From the NCBI GenBank assembly GCA_017443265.1, contig JAFSOU010000015.1:399-64398 (forward strand): a stretch of 64,000 nt of DNA, written 5' to 3'. This document shows, in pieces, positions 10,801 through 17,388 of the stretch. The position numbers were made by a program, and so were the translations under genes. Under the pieces are notes generated by a model. That model was not told the origin of the DNA, did not search any database, and was given only the letters and a program-made list of their open reading frames with translations. Positions within the stretch are counted from its first letter, which is position 1; every line of letters begins with the position of its first letter. The DNA is from Bacteroidales bacterium (GTDB lineage: Bacteria; Bacteroidota; Bacteroidia; Bacteroidales; P3).

Positions 10801-11762
10801 CGCCAGAAAACTTTTGCCCCTGCGGTATGGCGGGGCTCCCACTGCTGCTGGTAGCGCGGCGAGGGCAGCAGCTCCTCGCCGTCGATGACGTAGCTCTCGG
10901 TCTCGCTGGACATGTCGTAGCGCGGGACACCCCAACGGCTGTCCACGCTTATGGCTGATGTGCGCATGTCCCAGCCCACTCCCAGCAGTCCGTCGCCTCC
11001 GCCGCTGCTGTAGCCTATAGTAAGGTCGGGCTGCATGCCTCTGCGGCCTTGCGGCAATTCTATGGGGTATCTGGCGGTGAGTTCTCCCTGGCTGTTGCCC
11101 GCCGACACCTCGGCAAGCGTAACTCCCGCGGCGGGGTCGGCGGCCTTCAGCTCTTTCAGCCCCGTGGGGGTGAACGACTGTCCCTCGGGCATCTCGGGAT
11201 GGCTCACCACGGCGTTTATCATGTCGGTGAAATGGGTGGTGCGGGAATATACTATGCCCCCGGATACGGAATCGCGCTGCAGACGCTTCCACACTTTCAT
11301 GCCCTCGTCATAATAATAGGTATATATGTCCTTGTGGCTGTAGCCTTTGGGCAGCTTGGCCTCGTCGTAGCCTATCTGTATGCCGGCGGCTTTGCGGAAA
11401 TGCTCGCCGTGCGGCAGGAATCGGTACCCGGCGTGTCCGGACGTGACATTGACCATGCCCGCGCCCAGAGGAGGCAAATCAGCGTCTATGCCGCCGACAC
11501 TGAGCTTTGTGCCATGTCTAAGACTGCCACTCTCGCATACGAGCAGCGCATCGTCGAAACGCATCTCGAATGCCTCGCCTCCCGTGGCATAGTACTCCGA
11601 CGAAGTGGGCTTTCCCGATGCTTCATCTCCTTTTTTTATGTCTTCCGACGGCTTGCCGCCAAGATTAGTCGTCCCGAAACTGTAATAGCCATAGACGCTG
11701 GCACTGGCCACAAACGCCAGCGCCGCAACGATAAGGATTGTCCTTGACATACCGCTTCTCAT
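1827..11762 (-). CDS. Giant Rhs/YD-repeat polymorphic toxin (3311 aa) with a fused TcB-like (SpvB N-domain plus FG-GAP/VCBS propeller motifs) and TcC-like (YD shell) architecture and a C-terminal metallopeptidase-type tip
   Basis: N-terminal hydrophobic signal MRSGMSRTILIVAALAFVASASVYG. SpvB/TcaC-N-type motif YPIELPQGRRGMQPDLTIGYSSGGGDGLLGVGWDMRTSAISVDSRWGVPRYD. Six DxDGDGxxD motifs (DVDGDGLPDRL, DMDGDGLPDIV, DLNGDGRPDII, DLNGDGLPDIV, DMDGDGLPDLV, DMDGDGVADLL). Many YD repeats (YxYDxxGR/N-type). Rhs core end YYYHPNHLGSTCYVTDEN...YAPFGE...NPVKYVDPTG. Confidence 0.95.
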   Translation of the reverse strand: MRSGMSRTILIVAALAFVASASVYGYYSFGTTNLGGKPSEDIKKGDEASGKPTSSEYYATGGEAFEMRFDDALLVCESGSLRHGTKLSVGGIDADLPPLGAGMVNVTSGHAGYRFLPHGEHFRKAAGIQIGYDEAKLPKGYSHKDIYTYYYDEGMKVWKRLQRDSVSGGIVYSRTTHFTDMINAVVSHPEMPEGQSFTPTGLKELKAADPAAGVTLAEVSAGNSQGELTARYPIELPQGRRGMQPDLTIGYSSGGGDGLLGVGWDMRTSAISVDSRWGVPRYDMSSETESYVIDGEELLPSPRYQQQWEPRHTAGAKVFWRRTESSYDKIERHGTSPQNYYWIVTDKGGTKYYYGTYAGYALADTVLMRDAGGNISHWPLCRVEDADGNYISYHYNKRRQYDAGGVYLGRQLWLESIEYTGNSRTGERGVYNVFFGSTANPCRDAAGGTGTDLSGGSGEGGGRGASGRSRSGRSVAVSANLCDPLSPPGTCMDLLVEVLKYDKRSGNLIPGAVFELSDLRGVHGVWPATTDASGEASWDVCIQQGDTIVIREISAPGYCNMVDKITLRMPSGSTTPQVLDTGSDPGKIKSIQATDHHIIIEIYNDECDKCECPNVELNIEKYDATDKTPMPGVEFRVTYGGGTHTYITGADGKINAILNGVLCDEVITVNEQSVNGYCDSLHNFQFRMHKDEPYEPCTAEIISQGDFADVLEKTYIQGNGLTLILKDHPCVKCECSPVQINIIKTEAGTGRPLAGIPFEIVTASGTHTPTTDGAGVISLQLPTVECGSTITINELHSAHVCAPFKGYEFHFESTGLPNECEPVVTDQGPTGVMIKNETAGVNTLHLEIENDLCGGGSGSINADSIENIYIGGKEVPDFYLGMDLCDCDREYPKTDRNEARSGHLQSQRDKLRRILVYYGDEMVRSYSFCYGEDIHGMAQLRKIRQWGRDYSDGSRDHDIEYYREIDADSLLGTATTTMTTADYGLGGLLGGAHGKLRKPIERSLSGVLGTRTVIGGNASLSFGGDAGVYAGVGANTSSKINSVSYSLGADYGLGYGSSTLCDVDGDGLPDRLLVINGGLHWQRQQNGAFLTPSPISGAGNYLRDSRVSVSHGPVLNVAGISGGVSWSTTTTTTGTYLSDMDGDGLPDIVDDSRISRLGGRYNAPSMTMPGGCGTPTVTPDATPKYPCVEPLGLDEIPDAESSIDEESPHYDIIRIWESEDIPHTTILSIDAKAWLGGLVRNAEERPDTVVLSVEYYGQTYMPKGTGSPVHVLIAIDTLTGTDTLWRGDLTDPDNGYLSREYIERILEQCVGTEPPDYGEGMLLFRARSKGGRDVSRELHWNPRVQVFHPYRYPTHGQRSEVAGFAMGGGRFVSPGNGQAALRVPTAAADFASAVRLEIRRNNTLMRTLTPGSSPVWDTVITLAEEDSLIFDAIGDTSTVWKDNQWHPYLYYKTLTAGGGTVTTMYFDTLAGGVVDTIKTLEYHIVPNYRCYRAGSPKYHLSTASLPFGHGFGGWHAVQYRHDDSIKINLAKLFSISNMPSSATDLNTYYGNLTDSNYLKQLSDTTTTGTVGDVLSLFGCMPLTGNGERRRMEGIYPNAYVSGPAISLGVMTDTLLPNVAGNTIPCGQSSGGGDRAYRTSGGSTGSRATAAGGGKLDKISKSKNFSYTVALYSAGNGRTWMERDVTDLNGDGRPDIIDGGGVYYTKPYHILSYESAAYRPFGGGHPYSGTGNSRSVVLPGQFLNTSKQTTSSGRGRDFVLSPGASKASDSTYRTLADLNGDGLPDIVCSDGTVRLGTGYGFLPQQQWPGLDTVSASLSLSASASGTFSIWNNAISGGVGVTTASNTQTVFLQDMDGDGLPDLVRRNFADGEIQYRRNTGSAFAAGWTAWRTPDILANLAEYGTSTSASTNIEGTGGWSFWLLKAGGSAGLKASMSLSNEKLQISDMDGDGVADLLKSESGTEIAVRYSRMGRTGLLKSITNPLGGTIYADYELTAPTVYHQRRWVARELKICDGLPGDGRDTLRTTYSYSHGYYDRDEKAFLGFAKVTETRWNGDTVHSTADKYFSNSDIHTKGIPVASFLRNSRGLLYVQTANTLQQETLDVIGDAERVFPYITRSQTCYYEGQPTAGIVKWQETDYDFGNGNVVLQRHGSTDQPTVEVEIAYHPQYNGNHIVNKVQRVEIQGMRLRTTDIDTLGHYTAIMDYDGQNTLATRYVFDIYGNITDVRGPNTAVHYTYDGDVHTYPESVTDTFGTSSQMQNYDLRYGVPLTVTDRAGNSMEYTLDSWGRPLTIRGPKEIADGAPYTIRYTYRGKETARNVSSATTENYDPQHPANPIKTHTYCDGLGRAVQTRVEAEVQGVEKLVVSGHTVFDGLGRAVATYHPTEAHRDSTRFAFAVDAITPSTATYDVLDRPLVQTAPDGSTTRTAYGFSGSHLNKTLFRTAVTDPNGHTSTTLKDADGRQWAAKAAGQPWLYCDYSPVGDLLAVYSSNNGDWSRAYEYDWLGRRLSYGEGHLETLYTYDGLNPATETHKWQENGQPKQKTITRRYIANRLDSVIYSDSTLPTVYSYDYAGRVETVFDESGRMDYTYGNMGEVKSETRTYALPFLATDLALTTQYEYDSWGRTTSITYPDGETVSYDYDRGGQLFRMYNVQLTMYNYLDSVLYDKFGAVTSRKYGNGLKMQYAYHPQNCRLTGITTLSGNSQLSHTAYSYDPAGNITQAVSSYPWLAGQTFTETFSYDSTNQLVSAANPQTYALSVTYGDWGKIQEYGLQQTDLNSNTTTSQTRYYSYGSLNEGQTTFAPNNISYADGTNVNEQYGIGGSLQRRETTIPNAQPSEELYRFGADGNLRLYSYDRLFYSLYGYDGGTTRTYKYSMDLSPNWVNGRLEAVNFNLHNAMFYPNSYLNFNSNGYYTKHYYNGMERIASRLGDQNLPINVNDPDLQSRKEWQDSLIRKNIVEITGYEFLEPGEEQNHEDPKPIFELPQIGLTNLIPNTSSVYYYHPNHLGSTCYVTDENAIVQQGFLYAPFGEITNEHNSSFGSSVLPKYSFNAKELDEETGMYYYEARYMAPPVFISRDPHFERYPTFSPYAYCANNPVKYVDPTGEDFEPVVDDENKTITFRAKYYTSKENADDLKKGIHFWNSESGCYKYVIGEGKEKQEYTIKFDLQIEVREDAKKAFENDKSGMANYYEGRTYVGDDKARGETENGNIIRLRATAGIRTMAHEIGHTLGIQHWTDGLMETGGDGKWISKDYIALIFSTAGCPTRISSGISYGGELVLIEDFEKTWKDKPMKKIPSKLHNGTIKNNITWPWVKK
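1830..2462 (-). other. C-terminal toxin domain of the Rhs protein (211 aa after DPTG) carrying the metzincin-type zinc motif HEIGHTLGIQH (2073..2105)
   Basis: The reverse complement of 2073..2105 reads CAT GAA ATT GGG CAT ACA CTT GGT ATT CAA CAC, which translates to HEIGHTLGIQH (HExxHxxGxxH). It is followed by WTDGLMETGG, a possible Met-turn. GC content drops sharply exactly at the DPTG boundary. Confidence 0.75.
2463..3269 (-). repeat. rhs core 3' segment duplicated in the orphan module. Its partner is 241..1047.
   Basis: Encodes PSEELYRFGADGNLRLYSYDRLFY...NPVKYVDPTG, colinear with the orphan copy. Confidence 0.85.
9204..10292 (-). repeat. Three tandem ~120-aa Cna-B/SpaA-like (prealbumin-fold) repeats inserted in the N-terminal TcB-like region (aa 491-853)
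   Basis: R1 is CMDLLVEVLKYDKRSGNLIPGAVFELSD...ISAPGYC. R2 is CECPNVELNIEKYDATDKTPMPGVEFRVTYGGGTHTYITGADGKINA...SVNGYC. R3 is CECSPVQINIIKTEAGTGRPLAGIPFEIVTASGTHTPTTDGAGVISL. Each is bounded by Cys pairs. A Gly/Ser/Arg-rich linker (GGTGTDLSGGSGEGGGRGASGRSRSGRS) precedes them. Confidence 0.65.
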
Positions 11763-11774
11763 ATTGCCGCCCTC

Positions 11775-13010
11775 CTATTTCTTTATAAGTTTCACACGGT
11801 ACTCGTTGTCGCCACCGCGCACCACCACAATGTAGTTGCCCGACATAAGTGTATGTATGTCAACGGATTGCTCATTTTCTCCCAGTTCCACTTTTTTGCA
11901 ACTGAGGCCAAGCGGGTTAATTATCTCCACCTCTTTCGTCTTTCCGGCAAAGCCGTCTATCTCTATGCGGTCGCTTGCAGGGTTGGGATGGATTCCAACT
12001 TGAGCTGTGGCGTCGTCGTAAATTGCTTCGCTTGCCGACTTCTCGTTTCTTTCTCCTTCGTCCAACGATACGGCCGTTGTCCCTTGAGGTGTTTCTTTCG
12101 TGGTTAGGCTCAATTTGTAAATTCCCCGTATGTCGTTTTCAAAACGTATGGCGAATGTGTAATAGTGGTCGTCGGCTGACGTGGATTCAAAATGGGTCTC
12201 GGTGGAAGTGGCACCGATTATTTTCTCCAATACTGCCACTGGCTCCGAGTCGTGCCAACGCCCGTTGCGGCCTACGCTAATCTGTACCGTCCTGCCGGCA
12301 AGTCCCTCGCGAACTATGCGCCAGCTGTTTTCGTAGCCATGTGCATCCCCTTCCCCGAACAGCAGGTAATCGCCTGCGTCTATGCCGACGCACATCGCCC
12401 TAATCTCCTCGTCGCCACGCTTCGACAAGCAGCTGACTTTATCCAGCCCCAGGACATTGTCGCGTGCAATTCCGAAAACACGGCTGCTGTAGTCAGGTGC
12501 CTCCTCGCAGTTCCACAGCGTGTCGCCTGCCTCGCTTACATAATAATTTATGGTTATATCGTGTTTAAGGGCGAGGTAGGTCTCGGCCTTGCGCCTGTCC
12601 AACTCGCTCAACGGTCTTGTGTACAGCAGCAACTCCCGTATGTCGGTGCTGTCGTTGCTCTCTACGTTCAATATCCCCGATTTGCTGCCCAGCATCGTGG
12701 TGCTGCTGTGCAGGGTGAGGCTGCTTGTTTTCGCCTCCTGCTGCCCTTGTCTGTACTGCAACACTCCACAATCCCTGCCGCCTACACGTATTACGAACAC
12801 GTTTTCAGGCGTTTCTTCGCTCTTGCGTGCTGAATATACAGCTATGACGCTCACCGTAGGCTTGGTCGACGAACGCAACCCCGCCGACAGACTGCAACAA
12901 CCGTCAGCACCCGTACTCTTGCACCAACTGTCGGGCACAACACTGGGCTGGGAATGTATAGAGAATACCGTACAACAAAACGATATTATCAAAAATATTC
13001 TTTTTTTCAT
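11775..13010 (-). CDS. Secreted protein with a T9SS C-terminal sorting domain, encoded directly upstream of rhs. The N-terminal part is possibly LamG/concanavalin-like.
   Basis: Likely start is MKKRIFLIISFCCTVFSIHSQ (ATG at 13010), and the ORF-track start at 13100 adds 30 unlikely residues. The C-terminus IHPNPASDRIEIDGFAGKTKEVEIINPLGLSCKKVELGENEQSVDIHTLMSGNYIVVVRGGDNEYRVKLIKK matches the type A T9SS CTD pattern. Its stop codon lies 12 nt before the rhs ATG. The LamG-like guess rests only on IRELLLYTRPLSELDRRKAETYLALKH. Confidence 0.8.
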   Translation of the reverse strand: MKKRIFLIISFCCTVFSIHSQPSVVPDSWCKSTGADGCCSLSAGLRSSTKPTVSVIAVYSARKSEETPENVFVIRVGGRDCGVLQYRQGQQEAKTSSLTLHSSTTMLGSKSGILNVESNDSTDIRELLLYTRPLSELDRRKAETYLALKHDITINYYVSEAGDTLWNCEEAPDYSSRVFGIARDNVLGLDKVSCLSKRGDEEIRAMCVGIDAGDYLLFGEGDAHGYENSWRIVREGLAGRTVQISVGRNGRWHDSEPVAVLEKIIGATSTETHFESTSADDHYYTFAIRFENDIRGIYKLSLTTKETPQGTTAVSLDEGERNEKSASEAIYDDATAQVGIHPNPASDRIEIDGFAGKTKEVEIINPLGLSCKKVELGENEQSVDIHTLMSGNYIVVVRGGDNEYRVKLIKK

Positions 13011-13542
13011 GGTGTAATACTGTTTTAATTCACCTGCAAGTTTAATAATTATTTTTTTATATTCCAAATATTTAACATTATATTCCTTGTGAAATAGCAT
13101 AAATAGCCATAAAAATAATTTAAAAATATTTCAATTTTAACATTTTATCTTCAAAAAATGCCCCCTAAAAACACTTTTTTCCCCTCTCTATACTGGCATA
13201 TTTTAGCAATATTGCTGGAACTTAAAAAAGCAATGATTATTTTGATGTCTTGGCATCATATTATTTGCACCAACTATCTGAATAGCACATAATTACTTTG
13301 GTACTTTGAATTGATGTTTTTTTGGTTATATTTAATTAGTCTTCAAATCGTTTTTATTATAAAGCCTTGCAAATTGCACTATATTAATAAGTTATACATA
13401 TTACTAGAAGATTAACGCACCACTATTATTTTGAGAAAAAAGAAATAGAAGAATTCTGGGGCAAGCGATACAATTCAACACATAAGCACTTATCAAATTG
13501 TTATACAATAATATACAAAGACATTTTTGCCAAACGGCACAT

Positions 13543-13574
13543 AAAAAAAACGTGCCGTCCGCAAGGATGGCACG
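13543..13574 (-). terminator. Rho-independent terminator after skp
   Basis: Hairpin cgtgccgtcc-gcaa-ggatggcacg (13551..13574), followed on the minus strand by a U-run (plus-strand A-run 13543..13550). Confidence 0.7.
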
Positions 13575-13600
13575 CTAAAATAAATGTCTAACTTAAAAAA

Positions 13601-14101
13601 TTACTTGAGTCCCATTTCTTTCTTTACAAGAGGCAGAACATCGTCGCCACCTTCGTAAAGAGCAGCTCCCGAGGTGAAGATGTAGGTGTAGCCGTTGGCC
13701 TTGGCAACCTTGGCGATGGCGTTCTTGATCTTCTCCTGAATGGGAGCGAAGAGTTCGTCGTTGCGCTCCTGCAGGCGTTTCACAGCATTTTCCTGAAACT
13801 GGCGCATACGTCCTTCTTTATCCTGCAGTTCAGTCTCTTTGGTCTGTTTGATGAGGTCCGACATCTGGTCTTTCTTGCTCTGATATTCTGCGTAGAGTGT
13901 CTGCAGTTCGTTCTGCATGGATTTGAGCATCTTTTCAGCCTCTTCCTGTTCCACCTGAAGGACTTTCTGTGCCGAATCCACTTCGGGCATTATCTTGATA
14001 AGTTCCTGTGCGTCGATGTGGCCGAGTTTTACAGGCTTTTGAGCAAAGGCAGCTGCTGAAGCGAACAGTGCAACTGCTAACACTAAGATTGTTTTTTTCA
14101 T
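13601..14101 (-). CDS. skp: OmpH/Skp family periplasmic chaperone
   Basis: MKKTILVLAVALFASAAAFAQ signal followed by coiled-coil, Lys/Glu/Gln-rich OmpH-like sequence. It sits downstream of bamA. The start was moved to the internal ATG at 14101. Confidence 0.85.
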   Translation of the reverse strand: MKKTILVLAVALFASAAAFAQKPVKLGHIDAQELIKIMPEVDSAQKVLQVEQEEAEKMLKSMQNELQTLYAEYQSKKDQMSDLIKQTKETELQDKEGRMRQFQENAVKRLQERNDELFAPIQEKIKNAIAKVAKANGYTYIFTSGAALYEGGDDVLPLVKKEMGLK

Positions 14102-14228
14102 TGTAATGTTATTATTTTTCTGTTTAATATATTTCGTATCAATCACTTACATCAACAACACATTGTAGTTGCCGATTGCAAATATACGATATTTTTTTTA
14201 TTTTCGCTATTTCTGTCAAAAACGGGCA

Positions 14229-14750
14229 TTATTGTTTTGCCGTGTAGCCCATCTGTTTCAGTATCTCGTCGCTGACATCGGTTTTTGCGCTGGCGTAGAT
14301 AATCGAGGATTCGCCCGATTTGTCGAAAATGATGGAGTAACCCTTGGCGGTGGCGTATTTCTCGATGGCGGAATACACTTTGTCCTGAATGGGTTTCAGC
14401 AGGTCCTCGCGTTTTTTCTCAAGGTCGCCGCCGGAGCCGAAGCGTTTTTTCTGGAGTTCCTTCACCTCTTTTTCCTTTTCGATAATCTCGTCCTGACGTT
14501 TGTTTTTCAGGTCTTCGGGCAGGAGGTAGGCCTCGGACTGGTACGATTTGTAGAGTTTGTCCAGTTCTTGGAACTTGGATTCTATCTCTTTCTGCCAATC
14601 GACGGAGAATTTGTCGAGGGTTTGCTGCGCCTGGTCGTAGTCGGGAATATTGCTCAATATATATTCGGTGTTTACGCAAGCGTATTTCTGTGCGTTTGCC
14701 GCAAAGGCGGCCACAAGACAGAGTGCTAATGTGAGGATTGTTTTTTTCAT
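14229..14750 (-). CDS. skp: OmpH/Skp family periplasmic chaperone (second copy)
   Basis: MKKTILTLALCLVAAFAANAQ signal, OmpH-like composition, and location immediately downstream of bamA. Confidence 0.85.
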   Translation of the reverse strand: MKKTILTLALCLVAAFAANAQKYACVNTEYILSNIPDYDQAQQTLDKFSVDWQKEIESKFQELDKLYKSYQSEAYLLPEDLKNKRQDEIIEKEKEVKELQKKRFGSGGDLEKKREDLLKPIQDKVYSAIEKYATAKGYSIIFDKSGESSIIYASAKTDVSDEILKQMGYTAKQ

Positions 14751-14785
14751 ATCAAATTATGTTTTAAAGTTATACTTCGTGTTTG

Positions 14786-17317
14786 TTAATCGATGGATTG
14801 GTTGATTGAAAAATGGAAATGCGAGCCGCCTATCTCCTTGTCGCTGAAGCCGTAGGCCCAGTCGAGGCCGATAAGGCCGAACATCGGCATATACAGGCGC
14901 ACTCCCACTCCCGCCGAGGTGTACATCTTGAACGGCTGGAACTGCGAGAATTTCGACCAAGCGTTGGCACCTTCCACAAAGCCCAGCACGTAAATGGTGG
15001 CCGAGGCGTTGAGTGTGATGGGCTGACGCAGTTCGAGGGTAAATTTGTCGAACATCGAGGCTCCAATGCGGTTGCCCGAGGCGTCTTCGGGGGTGAGTGC
15101 GTAGGTGGTGTAGCCGCGCATAGGCACCACCTCGCGGGCGTCGAGGACATAGCTCGAGAGGCCGTCGCCGCCCACATAGTAGCGTCCGAAAGGCGACAGT
15201 CCGATGTCGGAGTTGTAGTAGCCCATATTGCCGAAACGGAAACGGGCGTTGAACACCACATTGCTTATAAGGTTGAACATCCACGAGCCGCGTATGTTCA
15301 CTTTGTAGTATTCGAGGAATTTGTATTTCTCCTGCGAGTCCATAGCGCTGTAGTCGCGGCCGTCGAAGAGCGAGTACGGGGGTGTGAGCTGTGCGCTTAC
15401 CGACACTTCGGAACCCATACGGGGATAGATGGGCGAGTCGAGGGAGTTGCGGCTGAGGGCGGCGGTGTAGTTGATGTCGTTGGCATAGCCGTCGGGGAAT
15501 ATGAACGAAGTGTAGTTCTGCACGCGGTACATACGGTACGACAGGGCGTGCGAGAATATGAAATAGTCGTCGGGCCACGAAAGGCGCTTGGTAAGCGACA
15601 CGCTGGCGCCGGTAATTCTAAGGCTGTTGTATTTGGGACTGTCCTTGTCGTAATAATAGCCGTTGCTGTAGAGCGAATGGTACACCGAAAAACTTAGCGA
15701 CTGCGGTTTGCTGCCGCCAAGCCACGGTTCGGTGAAACCGGCACTCAGCGAATAATAATATGTGCCGTTGGTCTGTGCGCTAAGATAGAGTTTCTGGCCG
15801 TCGCCGGTAGGCAGCGGGGCCCACGCCTTTTTGTTGAAGATGTTGCGTACCGAGAAATTGTTGAACGAAAGAGCCACTGTTCCGATGATCATGCCGCTTC
15901 CCCATCCGCCGGAGAGCGATATCTGGCTTGTGGATTTCTCTTCGAGCTGGTACTCGATGTCCACGGTGCCGTTTTCGGGATTGGGTTTCACGTCGGGGTT
16001 TATCTTTTGTTCGTCGAAATACTGCAGTGTGGCGAGCTCACGCACGCTGCGTATCACGGCGTCGCGGCTGAAAAGGTCGCCCGGCCGGGTGCGTATCTCG
16101 CGCATTATCACCTTGTCGTTGGTCATGGTGTTGCCCTTTATCGACACTTTGTTGAGTCGAGCCTGGTTTCCCTCGCGTATGCGTATCTCTATGTCGATGG
16201 AGTCGTTGTCCACGGCCACTTCGGTTGGGGTGGCGCGGAAAAAGAGGTATCCGTTGTCCATATACAGCGAGTTGATGTCGGTGCCGCTGGGGTTGTACGA
16301 GAGGTTTTGGTCGAGGACGGTTTTGTTGTATGGAGTGCCTTTTTCTATGCGCAGATGTTTTGCCAGTTCCTCCGAGGTGTAGATGGTGTTTCCTGTAAAT
16401 GTGATGTTGCGGAAGTAATAGGGTTTGCCTTCGTAGATCTTCACTTTCAGGTGCATCTTGCCGTTGTCGTCGTAATAAACGCTGTCGCCGAGAATTTTGG
16501 CGTCGCGGTAGCCTTTTTCGTTATAGAGGTTCACTATCTCCTCAAGGTCGCTGTTGTAGTCGGATTCGATGTATTTGGAGCGTTTCCAGAAACCGGAAGT
16601 CCAGAAATAGAATTTCTTCCAGTAGTTTACGTCGTGGGTGTTTTTCATAGCACGTGCCAAACGGTTGTCGGTCAGCGTTTCGTTGCCTTCGAAAGTCAGT
16701 TCTTTGATACGCACTTTCTTGCCGGTGTGCACATCGAAAACAAGTATCTGCTCGTTTTTCTTGAGAGAGGTGTCGGGGATGGTGCTAACATCGACTGTTG
16801 CTGTGTTGTACCCTTTGTCGAGATAGTAGCTGACAATTTTGTTTTTTGAGGTTACCAGAAGGTTTTCGGTAACCACGTCGCCCACCATAAGGCCGAGGTT
16901 TTCGCGCAGTTTGTCGGCGTCGGATTTTTTCACTCCTATGAATTTGAATTTGGACAGTTTGGGACGTCCCACCAGTTCTATATTCAGGAATACCAAGTCG
17001 TTCTGTATATTGGTAACCCGTATCTTAACGTCTTCGAAAAGACCTTGTTTCCACAGTTTGTCGATGGCTCCGGAAATTTTGTCGCCGGGTATTTGCACAA
17101 TGTCGCCCACATGGAGTTGCGCCACCATCAGCACCATACGCTGGTCGAGGTTGTCGGCTCCTTCGATGGTGATGCCGCCAATTTCATATTTTTTTGGTGT
17201 GAGGTAATCGATGTCGTAGTCGCCGCCGTTGTTGCCACCCACCACAATTTGCGCTTTTGCGAGTGGTGCAAGGCACATCAACAGTGTCAGCCACAGTATT
17301 TTAGTTCTAATTTTCAT
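14786..17317 (-). CDS. bamA: Outer membrane protein assembly factor BamA
   Basis: About 843 aa. POTRA-type repeats (for example ITIEGADNLDQRMV and IKELTFEGNETLTDNRL) are followed by a C-terminal beta-barrel ending ...GGSHFHFSINQSID. Synteny is uppS-bamA-skp. The start was set at MKIRTKILWLTLLMCLAPLAKAQ. Confidence 0.95.
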   Translation of the reverse strand: MKIRTKILWLTLLMCLAPLAKAQIVVGGNNGGDYDIDYLTPKKYEIGGITIEGADNLDQRMVLMVAQLHVGDIVQIPGDKISGAIDKLWKQGLFEDVKIRVTNIQNDLVFLNIELVGRPKLSKFKFIGVKKSDADKLRENLGLMVGDVVTENLLVTSKNKIVSYYLDKGYNTATVDVSTIPDTSLKKNEQILVFDVHTGKKVRIKELTFEGNETLTDNRLARAMKNTHDVNYWKKFYFWTSGFWKRSKYIESDYNSDLEEIVNLYNEKGYRDAKILGDSVYYDDNGKMHLKVKIYEGKPYYFRNITFTGNTIYTSEELAKHLRIEKGTPYNKTVLDQNLSYNPSGTDINSLYMDNGYLFFRATPTEVAVDNDSIDIEIRIREGNQARLNKVSIKGNTMTNDKVIMREIRTRPGDLFSRDAVIRSVRELATLQYFDEQKINPDVKPNPENGTVDIEYQLEEKSTSQISLSGGWGSGMIIGTVALSFNNFSVRNIFNKKAWAPLPTGDGQKLYLSAQTNGTYYYSLSAGFTEPWLGGSKPQSLSFSVYHSLYSNGYYYDKDSPKYNSLRITGASVSLTKRLSWPDDYFIFSHALSYRMYRVQNYTSFIFPDGYANDINYTAALSRNSLDSPIYPRMGSEVSVSAQLTPPYSLFDGRDYSAMDSQEKYKFLEYYKVNIRGSWMFNLISNVVFNARFRFGNMGYYNSDIGLSPFGRYYVGGDGLSSYVLDAREVVPMRGYTTYALTPEDASGNRIGASMFDKFTLELRQPITLNASATIYVLGFVEGANAWSKFSQFQPFKMYTSAGVGVRLYMPMFGLIGLDWAYGFSDKEIGGSHFHFSINQSID

Positions 17318-17388
17318 CGTCGTTTTTGTTGTAAAAACAATTATTCGCAATTAGTATTAACGAAGCTATTGCCGATTTATTATATTTT

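Noticed and set aside
6639-10958. A 1439-aa plus-strand ORF, and many other plus-strand ORFs between 3813 and 11747, antisense to rhs
   Set aside because: They lie antisense to a gene with clear SpvB, FG-GAP, YD and Rhs-core motifs. Their translations are low-complexity and rich in Val/Ala/Gly/His/Arg with no motifs. Such ORFs are expected from GC-rich third positions on the coding strand suppressing antisense stop codons.
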